Shown: positions 47,701-56,553 of the stretch, in pieces
How the letters are laid out: the number at the start of each line of letters is the position of its first letter
Numbering within the stretch: the first letter of the stretch is position 1
DNA from: Phallusia mammillata
Taxonomy: Eukaryota
Direction of reading: 5' to 3'
Length of the DNA: 64,000 nucleotides
NCBI GenBank assembly: GCA_965637545.1
Contig: OZ281500.1
Coordinates: forward strand, 3,224,001 to 3,288,000
The notes under the pieces: generated by a model
Seen by the model: only the letters and a program-made list of their open reading frames with translations
The model's database searches: none
What the model was told of the DNA's origin: nothing
Program-made: the position numbers and the translations under genes

Positions 47701-48116
47701 CTGTTGAAATTGGTCTTATACGCAAACTCACAAGTCATACATGCATACACATAGGACATGTTGGTTTTGCATGCCCTAGGTCAGGAACTGCCATGTTTTG
47801 CAGACTGGATCCTGTCCCGTACAGTGTTTGGTGGTCACAATATACTATAATTACTATACAGTTTTAAATACACTTCCAGGCACTATGATCAAGTATAGCA
47901 AGATATATCCTGTTAAACACTACAGGGGTAAGGTAAATATTCCACAAACATTATAAACACACGAAATATGCTATTGCAGCCAGGCATAATGTATATCGGT
48001 AACCTTTATAAACACACATTTTCACAATAAGAAATAATCACCCCACTTCTTATCCACTTACCATTGCCTGAAGTTTTTGATTTGTCAGGTTTTCTTTTTC
48101 GGATTTTTAGTGGCAT
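32264..48116 (-). CDS. ASPH: Aspartyl/asparaginyl beta-hydroxylase, 18 exons, about 634 aa
   Basis: Exons 48116-48062, 46735-46695, 44926-44803 (TM), 44561-44409, 44039-43989, 43428-43385, 43230-43162, 41219-41165, 37864-37702, 37437-37350, 36000-35922, 35797-35661, 35014-34823, 34472-34335, 34156-34021, 33539-33440, 32967-32839 and 32414-32264 (1905 nt, phase-consistent). TPR region, then GCRRGQIKYSVMMPGTHVWPHTGPTNCRLRMHLGL and DDSYEHEVW...FRLILIVDVWHPD, with both iron-binding His residues. Confidence 0.93.
36131..37296. mobile_element. Helentron/HINE-like non-autonomous element A carrying a ~158-bp tandem array
   Basis: Starts ACTAGAAG; subterminal inverted repeat CACATATTG (36149-57) / CAATATGTG (37267-75), followed by TCCCCTTCAGG...TAAT. 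Shares its termini with element B. Confidence 0.55.
36734..37200. repeat. Three tandem ~158-bp repeats (plus a degenerate copy from about 36475)
   Basis: CCCATTT(T)AGGGGGC(T/G)AG units start at 36734, 36891 and 37050 and are nearly identical. Confidence 0.95.
37528..37573 (+). ncRNA. Penelope-type minimal hammerhead ribozyme remnant in an ASPH intron, antisense to ASPH
   Basis: CATATCA-CTGATAA-T-GGCA TGAGCATT TGCC-GAA-ACGT-T-TGAAATG. Stem I pairs 6 of 7, stem II is 4 bp, stem III is the palindromic ACGT; core G8 is changed to A. Confidence 0.5.
38109..38408. mobile_element. Non-autonomous hAT-type MITE (300 bp)
   Basis: TIRs CAGGGGTGGGCAAC / GTTGCCCACCCCTG; TSD GCTTAAGG / GTTTAAGG (7 of 8 match). 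Confidence 0.9.
38727..38786. repeat. Compound microsatellite (CT)n(AT)n(GT)n
   Basis: Directly visible dinucleotide runs. Confidence 0.95.
39380..40803 (-). CDS. Large alternative terminal exon of the ASPH locus (474 codons, basic low-complexity region plus C-terminal hydrophobic segment)
   Basis: 1424-nt open frame with a pyrimidine-rich phase-1 acceptor (TTATTACCAG|TT) matching the phase-1 donor of ASPH exon 41219-41165. Ends ...SVFVTLIMILLYHALILVVNFVFPE*. Confidence 0.7.
41268..43024. mobile_element. Helentron/HINE-like non-autonomous element B carrying a ~155-bp tandem array
   Basis: Starts AACTAGAAGAGTGGCTT (compare element A); ends CAATATGTA + hairpin TCCCCTTC-AGG-GAAGGGGA (42998-43016) + CCCATAAT. 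Confidence 0.55.
42345..42945. repeat. Four tandem 148-156-bp repeats
   Basis: GCCTGTGGGT(G/A)AACCGCTGGGT at 42361, 42517, 42665 and 42821. Confidence 0.95.
45072..45190 (-). repeat. Left arm of a 119-bp inverted repeat; contains a hammerhead truncated after GAAAC (family copy 4)
   Basis: Reverse complement of 46498-46616 with 3 mismatches in 119 nt. On the minus strand: AGCTGCA-CTGATGA-GACCTTATAAGTT-GAAAC, then AT-rich sequence with no stem III or 3' stem I. Confidence 0.9.
45345..46497. mobile_element. Non-autonomous hAT element (1153 bp, probably with nested insertions)
   Basis: TIRs CAGGGGTGGGCAAACT / AGTTTGCCCACCCCTG; perfect TSD ATGTATGG at 45337-45344 and 46498-46505; GGGCCGCATGCGGCCC subterminal motifs. 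No transposase ORF. Confidence 0.9.
46585..46636 (+). ncRNA. Structurally complete type I hammerhead ribozyme (family copy 5)
   Basis: Stem I AGCTGCA (46585-91) / TGCAGCT (46630-36); core CTGATGA (46592-98); stem II GACCT-TAT-AGGTT with a G.U closing pair; GAAA (46612-15); stem III ACAGTG-TG-CACTGT; cleavage triplet GUC, with predicted cut after 46629. Confidence 0.85.
46860..46953 (-). CDS. Probable alternative first coding exon (1a) of ASPH
   Basis: ATG at 46953, MESRCENSVLGHGDLRSRGSKHNMTEQDALL, and a phase-1 GTAAGA donor compatible with exon 46735. The nearby upstream AG acceptors I tested hit stops in phase 1, so it is unlikely to be an internal exon. Confidence 0.55.
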
Positions 48117-49005
48117 GGTTAAAACCACACACAACAGTCACAAACACCACTAAATAAAACTCTGCAATTTAAAGCTTGTTAGTTGTTTGTTATACTTTCT
48201 CTGTTTTTTTTAGACAATTTGTTTGCAGTTTGCACCTCACATTACCAAATACCAACTATTGCAAACACGTTTCCCTAATTACGGTGGAGAAGCTTCAATA
48301 CGCAATTTAAAGTTGCAATCAAAATACATTAAAAATGTTGCAGTTGTTATTGTTGTTTTCTATTTGCAGCAAAAAAAAAACACACGTACGCCATAGAAAT
48401 CACTTCATACGACATCGTCTCCGTTAATGTGTTTTTGTTTTGCTGGATCGACGCAGCAGCCAAAAAGCAAAATGTTTAAATATGGGTGCTAAAAAGTAGT
48501 TTTAATTCCACACAAACAAATCATAAAATGTGCAATAAAAATACATATTCTGTGATCAAAATAACACTTTTTCGGTGTTTGCTCAAAATAACGTTTTTTT
48601 ACATTCCGAACGAAACAGGAACATTTTTTTCGTTCATTTAATCCCCACCGACGATGTGCTTTGGTTTGACTCCCGCTGGGGGTGACATTAGAACATGGCA
48701 GTCTTTTAAGGCAATGAACATTTTTAAGTGGCAGTGAACGTTGGATAGTTTTGCAGTCATAAAGCGGGCAATTCGTTTTTACGCTACTTTCGTTCTTGAT
48801 ACAGACTGGCACCGATTGTGTGTTTTGTGGTTCCCATCGTTGTGCGTTTTCGACGTTTTACACAGGGTTTGTGTATCCACTGTTTCGTCACAAAGCAAAC
48901 GCCGGGCTAAATATTAATACGCGACGGCAGCAAGTGTTTAGGAGGGGTCCAGCCTGGCACAAAAAGCAGTGAGCGATTTGCGTTTGTTGTTGCAACTGAG
49001 ACACA

Positions 49006-52000
49006 ATGGCAAGCCTTAAAGAATTAGTAACAATTTGCATCTTTATCAACGTTGTTTTATGTACTACAGGTAAGTGGAAATTATTGTTATTTATCTCTTT
49101 TAGACCACGACTGCTAACTGTTTCAGCCAAAAAATAGTAAATAAAGAGTCAGAACAGAATGGAAACTTAGCTATAGGCCCATAGGCCTCTTCTGAAAACA
49201 CAAAAACTGTATGTATAACACAGTATACGTACCATGTTAGGAAATGTTGGAAAATACGTTAGGCATACGATTGCGCTAGTTTCGGGCCATGGCGTAAGCC
49301 CGCGCGGAACTCAATAAAACCAACGCGAAACTAGTATTTACACAAACGCAATCGTCACGTACACAAAAGTGTTACCTAACCCAATACTTAGATTTACAAG
49401 CAAAATGGTTACAAAATTTATACAATGCTTTATATCGCAGCCTGTGAGTACCGTAACCAATTAAAAACTTTGCAACTCGAGGGAATAGTCAACCCATTTC
49501 CGGCGATGGGCATTGTATGATGGCACCAATTGAGTATAAGTGACTGGTAAAGCGTTTAGATATTTGGTTCAATAACAAACCAATCTTGCCACTTGTCACT
49601 GTCAAAGAATGGGACATTTATAAGGGGTCTACTAAATCCCAATTTTGTTTTTACTTGCCCAGAGAAGCAAGTCCTTAGATCAAGCTTTTCGGGTCGGGTT
49701 CGGGCTTGCATAAAACGGACTTAAAAGCTAATTGAATTTAAACTCGGCCACATAGTGTCACAATTCCACTTCATTAATCTAACTATCCGGCCTTTTTTCA
49801 AAAAAAACACAACAAAGTTTAACGAGCTTTAGGCCAGTGCTTCGGGGTTTTTGGTCCCAACCTGTTGCTAACTAACAGCTTTGAGCCATTAGCCTACATG
49901 AGTAAAATAGCATTTTCGTTGACAAAGCTAACATTGTGCATAGTTTACGATGTCAACACACAAATTTGGAATGCAATTGTAGCTACGTTGTTCAGGCCGT
50001 CATCCCATTTTACATTTCATTTCACATGTAACCGAAACAAAATACCAACACGCTATAGTGTTATTAAAACAGAAAGTACAAATCGGGTTAAATAAGCTTT
50101 AGGTCAACAGTTGTGATCGCTAAAGCGCCTTTTTGGGCACGGCGTTGAAGACAGGAAGCACAAAAGACGTATTAAATCGGGAGTTTCCAGAGTTTAAGCT
50201 TCGGTAAACAATTTTTGTTTGCAGGGCTTTCGCAAAAGCTTGACCCGAAAATTTTGACGTTCAACAAACCCGATGAGGAGATCGCTGAAGGTAAAATAGT
50301 TATGTTGATAACATGGCTAGCAAGTTTTTTACGTCTAGGCTACCTCTTTTTTTGATTGAACAACTTTATCTGTTTCATCTTATTGTTTGACTAAAGCTTT
50401 AGATGTGTCAAATATTTACCTACGATGATATTTGTTTTCCATACTTCGTTGATATGTACACGTTGTGTAGTTTTCTGGATACACAAAACAAGAAAAGCTT
50501 CTATTACGCACAAGAGTAAACGTTTTTGCTCGACAGAACGGTCTTTAAGAAGCACAGCATCAGATATTTGCCAAACTGACAACAGCATAACTTATCAGAC
50601 AAATGGATCAACTACACCGACTCAATTGTTATGTTCGTGCGGAAAAGACAACTCGTCTGTGGTGAGTCGCATTTTTTCGGTGAACATTACAAAAATATTG
50701 TCCAGGCGGTGGCCGCAAAGAGCAGAATAAATCAGGAATTTTTCATATTATTAGACTTTGACCTTAGTAGAAAAGTTGGGAAGCACAAAGCGATTTTTTT
50801 TAAAACTTGAATTCATGTCAAAGTTTTTCTTCGCTTTGCGAGGAACTCCAGAGCCGAAGATTACGAAAGTGCACGCCCGAAACTTGGCCTGAACCTGATT
50901 TAAAAAAAGAACAAATTTGTAAAAATGCGGCAAAAATTATGCCGAGGGTTAAGTTAGAACCGAGTGAAGCCGGTTTGTTGGAAAAGCCTGAACCAGGCCC
51001 GAAAAGAACTAAATCGTCCCAAAATGTCGGCCTAATACAGACGGTTCCAGTAATAACAATTCTTATCCTAGGTAAGCTACAATAAAGCGCCAGTTTTGGT
51101 TTCCATTAAAGCGTTAAATTCCTTCTATCGCTTTGTACCTTGATATCATAATGATTTCATACTCGTGATTGCATTTGTTTTGACAAGATCGTGTTATTTG
51201 ATACTTGCTCCTTAAAATTTCCTGATCAAGTTATCTGAAACCTTAATCTGTACAGATTTGGAAGGACGATGGCTGCAACGATATAACAGCAGGAAACTTC
51301 TCGGATTCTACATTAAAACGTGGTTTCGTCGTTCACCCGCCGAACGTTGAAGATGGTCAATTGGTTATTTATTGCATCAGTGATGGATGTGTTCAGAAGA
51401 TTACTATAACATTTACGCCGGGCAAAGGTAAGACAAAAATACAAAGATTTTTTTTCTTTTTTTTCTTTCGTAATGAACTAAAGAGAAAGGATAGGCCTAC
51501 ACGACGTGTGTATTTAGACTTGGACTAAAAGCATTCCCAAGTATCAGTATGGATTCCAACCCACGAAACACCAAAATTTTGACTATGTCAGGGTGCATAA
51601 GTGACAAGCAAAACTGCTGCAAGGCATTATCACTTCTGTACTAAATAATTTGCACATTTTAAATGGTGATAAAAACGTCACATATCTGAAAGTAGCTTAA
51701 TGCGTTTTTTATGAACAGTGGTGTATAACAGAATTGTTGTACAAAAACACAGATACGGGAATGTCAAGCGGTCTTCGAGGTTTTCTCATTTTTATGATCA
51801 TAGCCGTCTTGCTCCTAACAACGCTGTTTTTCGTTACAAAGTTCAAAAGCCAAGTTTACCTCGGATTCCGAGACACCTGTGCGCCATCTAGCGATGGAGG
51901 TAAGTCATGTTTCCGAGATATCTATCTTTGCAAATGAACAGGCCCTTTGATATTCGGCTGATGTTTGTCAAACTGAAGCGGTGCAAAAACATGGGTGACT

Positions 52001-55000
52001 AATGCGCTAATGCGTTTTCCCGCCGATTCCAATACGGTTGCTTGTTATTTTGGTCAAAACCTTCCAGCCACCCCTCCCCGAAATTGCCGTCTTAACCTTG
52101 GGATCGGCTCTGACCCAAGGAACTCGAGCAACCGCAACCGCACCTGATGACGAAACAAACGACTTGATAGTTGTGCGATAACAAACCTTGAGAGGTTTCC
52201 GACCAATTACCGCCGTCTATCCTGTCACGTGACCTCCCCGGGCACCTGTTTGTGCAAACACAAAACGCTAACGTTTTCCGAGAAACTCCAAGCTTGTTTC
52301 TCCACATTGAAAAAATTCCAACACGACCCTGTGGTGAAGACTAAAAGGAGCAACCTGGCGAAGTCTGCGTCGCAACCGGCAAAAAGCGACACAATTTCCC
52401 GCTGACGGTTTGTTGTTGCAGATGGCATCGAGTTCGACGCTTACATCTCGATTGGCAAGAACGAAAGCGACCGGAAGTTCTTGGAAAGAAACGTGACTGA
52501 TGTGCTCAAGAAAGAACACGGGTATCGCTTCTTTATAGATGATGAGAATCTTCTGCCCAGACTGGGTATATACAAATACGAAATATTTTGCTCATTTAGG
52601 GTCTGCCGGGTTCATATTGTAGCTGTTTGTGGTTTAGTGATTCGGCTTTTAGGTCTGCTGAGGGTCAACAGTCCTATTGGGTCAAAGGGCAATAATGCAA
52701 CCTTCAAACTATTAGGTTTTATTCGTAAAATATTGAAAATTCATGCATAAAAGTGTAGGGAATTACAAAGGATCTATGTAACATAATACACGAAAAATAT
52801 TACAGCTTTAAGTTGCGTCCTGAAGATTTAAAAGTAAACGAATTTCGACAAACAAAAATACTGCTTGATGCGGAGGTGTTTTTACCGATATATGATCCGG
52901 TAAAGATTTACCATTGGTTTGGGAACCGCCCATGTCCCGAGTTTCGATTTTGCATCGCGCCCCGGGATTTCAGACCAAACACCACAATACCAGAGATACC
53001 AGTTATGCAGAATGCATGCAATTGCGATAAAAACATCTTTTTAACCAGTATTATAGTCGATTACAAGTTTCATGGGAAGTCATATTTCCTCAATTGTATT
53101 TAAATGTCACGTTGTAAAATCGATGTGGGATCTAATTTAACAGCGCTACTAAATTTTCACTTTTTTGGCTTACATTACGACCGAAAACGCCCATGAGAGT
53201 AAAGTGCAAGAACTCTGTGCTTGCCTCCCATATCGGGTATTGGGTTATTTCTGCGGGTATTGGGTTATAAACTTATTTTTTTAGCAGAAATGCAGCAAAA
53301 AAGCCTAAAAATGAAATTACAACCAACCTGCATAATCTGATCTACAACTGTCAAAAACATATGACAGCAATTATGTTTCAACGTCCCAACGTTGGCGTCA
53401 CTTGATGCATTGATGTGCGTGTATAAATCATAAGTGACCTACATTATGCGCATTCCTGTGTCAAATCAAATGTTCCCCGAACGCGATAAGGTATAGCCAC
53501 ATCTTTCTTGACTCGCAAACGTCTTCATACAAGGTCGCGTAAGACTCAATGATGAATGAATGAGATTAGATGGTCTCTCCATGGCCTGGGCAGCAAACAA
53601 CGTCGCGTGACAGAGGGATGCTCGTGGGTCTGGCAATAATTTTACTCTTGCACGCACAGTAATGCTTTACCTATGCGTCGTACAATGCGGTCAAGATAAC
53701 ACCAATGGTGTGCAGCCGCCAGGTCATCACTAACATGCAATTACGTAGTTTACGGCACGCGGTGCACCATACGACCGTGCCCCAAAACCACCTTTTTTAT
53801 TGCGTTAAAAAACTTGTACACTGGGGTGCAAAGGTACACGTTTTAGACGCGCCTGACCCCAAAGCCATGGTTTAAGTTGTACAAATGACCCTACATTAAT
53901 CTATAAACGCGAATGCAACGTTGTTAACATAAAGTTACAACTTCAGATTACTCCCAACGGGTACAAGAAAAGATGCATCGATCCAAAGTGCTCATAGTGA
54001 TGTTTACAGCTACATACATGACCAACGACTGGTGCATGTATTGCTTCAACGAAGGTGAGTCATCCCGCATGGTGGAGCTCTTAACCCGCGTGACGTCACT
54101 TGTATTCCGTAGGTCTTCGCAAACTCCTGGAGCTTAACAAACCTATGGTGTTCCTAGTTTGCGATCTCACGATACAACGTCAGCTGAATTCGGTTTCTGC
54201 GCTGGTTGGGCATATTCCAAAGGTTGGTAACTGTAAGACCACTAATTAGGTTTTTGCATAAAGGCCAAGAAATGTGACTATTAAATTCTTAGTAAACATT
54301 GTAAAACAGTGTTTTGAAAAATGCATTTGTGGCGCAGCAAAGTCAGCATCAGACGGATAAAAGCGACGCATTCAGCCTGTTACAGCGCGGACAGGATGTT
54401 TTCGTATCAAATTTTGCTTAAACTCCGGTCTATAATCCAGCTTCGCGACCGCGCAACGATCGGCGCAGTTGCAACACGATTCAGGACGCCTTATAATTGC
54501 GATACCAGTGTTCCGGTAAAGATTTCGGCAATGTTTCTAAACGCCATCGGCAAAACATACCATTGGTGGTACTTATAATACTTCCGGCAAATTGGCTTGG
54601 AATTGCCAATGGCTCATTGCCAGCTTCGTAAAGGCAATGCGAGGTTCAAATATGCTAATCGAGGCATGTGGTGTTTAAGTTTACGCTTTAGATTTGCAGA
54701 TTAGTTTTTCTCAAAACAAACAAATATTTAGCCAAGCCATATTCTGGTAAATTCATTACAAAAGTAGGCCGATGACCTATAAATTTAAAAGACGAATAAA
54801 CGTAATACGCGATAGATGAAACCGTTTATAGTTGCGCTTTGAAGATTTCAACACAGACGAATATATGTAATATGCATATTCGGTGAAATTCATCACAAAT
54901 GTAGGCCGATGACCTGCAAATTTTAGGAGATAAATCGTGTTTATTTTGATTCGAACTAGTTAAACAATCACTACACAGAACGTGAAAATAATATACTAAA

Positions 55001-56528
55001 CTTGCTGCGTAATGGCATTCTGAAAATTTTCATGGCCCAATTATGCTTATAAGACCAGTTTGCACCATGCACGGAGTATTCATCAATCAAAGGGAATCTG
55101 CATTTCTCCCTAGCACCACAGAAATACATAGAAGTAAGCCCTGTCATCATTTAGATATCAACCGTGACCCGGTGACCTGATTCCTCGGCGATGCATCAAA
55201 TAAACTCAATAGCAATTAACAGCTTGTGGGTTAACTGCGTGGAGAAAGCATTTATTTACCTTTGTTCAGGCCGTGTGCGCTAACGCTGCGACTAAAATCT
55301 TTCCCAGAAAGCGGTTACGTGCGTGGATAGCGATTGCAGTTGCCCATAATTGCACAGGATCGTTCTCAGAACGATGTCAACCTCATGTGCAGAAGCACGC
55401 GCCTGGCAAGTCTGTCTGGCTTTCCAGTCACAACAACGAACCGCTGTTGTGGGCACACGAGCAGTAACGGAAAACACAAGTGGACCACGCCTGGGACGCG
55501 TGCTGGAGATTGGCAGATTGAACTGTCAACCTTTGCACGTCGATTCCACTTGAAGAGACCGAACGCAAAGTGAATCTGGGCGCGGTGTTGTGACACACCG
55601 GCATAGAATTCTTGTACTTACATGAGCAGTAGTACCAAAGAGGCCACTGCGACAAACCAAACATGCGTAGATTGTCGCTTTTAAGTGTTGACGCATTGAC
55701 CTCTACGCCACAACGCGCCTGTGAACACGTCATCACCGCAGCACGGCTGTAAATGCCACAGAAAACTGCCTAATCACTGCGTGATCCTTTGTACAGATCT
55801 TTCTGCCGCTGGTGCAGACCGACAAGGAAAAGCAAAAAACAATCCGCCAGATTCGTATGCACCTGCCAGCCGCGCGCCGAGGTAGTGCCAAGTCACGTGA
55901 TATGCGCTCACCAATCCTGAGCGATGTAGAAGACATCGACTCGCATTCGCGTAAGTGTAGATCGAGAGGTGGTGGGTTTTTATAGATTTTTGTTGGTGTG
56001 AAGACAATGTACACTTAACGTTTTATTGAACTGGGGCAAATGGGGAATAGAAGATAACGTTTTAATTGCGCAGTACACGCAGACGAATCTTACGGAGGAA
56101 CTGAAACGAAATACACTTTCAACAAAGCGAAGATACAAAACCATGATGAGCTCACAATGGAAGAGATGGAAGTTGAACACGAAGTAAGCATGACCTGATA
56201 AAAATAAGTTCACACACATATGATCCCAACCACAACACAAATGACCCACGGCTTCCGAAAATGATACTGCGAACTAGAAAAAAGAAACACCATTAAGGCC
56301 TATGGATAAAACAAATCACAGTTGGGGAAATGGGGTATTTTAGGAATGTATTTAGATACGCTTTTATACGAGTATTGCACAAATATATATTTTCGGAATT
56401 AAATACAATTTTGCATGCAGGGTGAACTTGTGTTTGACGAGGGCGAAGACCCAAAGAACATTGCAGTGAAACAGTACAAAGCTCGACCTGACTTCTACAC
56501 GTTCACTTCCGGTGCTGACCAAGCCTAA
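49006..56528 (+). CDS. SIGIRR: Single-Ig IL-1-receptor-related (SIGIRR/IL-1R8-like) receptor: signal peptide, one Ig domain, TM, TIR, long acidic tail; 11 exons, about 442 aa
   Basis: Exons 49006-49069, 50225-50290, 50537-50661, 51256-51427, 51732-51899, 52422-52565, 53947-54054, 54113-54222, 55797-55950, 56074-56183 and 56421-56528 (1329 nt, phase-consistent). TIR reads DGIEFDAYISIGKNESDRKFL...GYRFFIDDENLLPR...WCMYCFNEGLRKLLEL; tail QYKARPDFYTFTS. These match human SIGIRR as recalled (DGKLYDAYVS...DRKF, [43 protein letters not shown]). Confidence 0.8.
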
Positions 56529-56553
56529 ATCCAATTTTTACTCCATTTCCCAT

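Noticed and set aside
16700-48116. Proximity of a cbEGF fragment to ASPH, whose substrates are cbEGF domains
   Set aside because: The EGF piece is a decayed fragment 15 kb away, with TPH in between; no evidence of a functional link.
52138-52177. CTGATGA-C-GAAA with flanking CGCAC/GTGCG, resembling a hammerhead
   Set aside because: Only one nucleotide lies between CUGAUGA and GAAA (no stem II), and stem III does not pair; likely chance.
54321-54578. 85-aa ORF initially considered as the last TIR exon
   Set aside because: The phase-0 donor at 54222 joins better to 55797, which supplies the IRMHLPAARR box-3 equivalent. This ORF is intronic, or at most a minor alternative end.
55273-55740. Cluster of short overlapping ORFs in GC-rich intronic DNA
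   Set aside because: No consistent frame, splice phase or recognisable motif.
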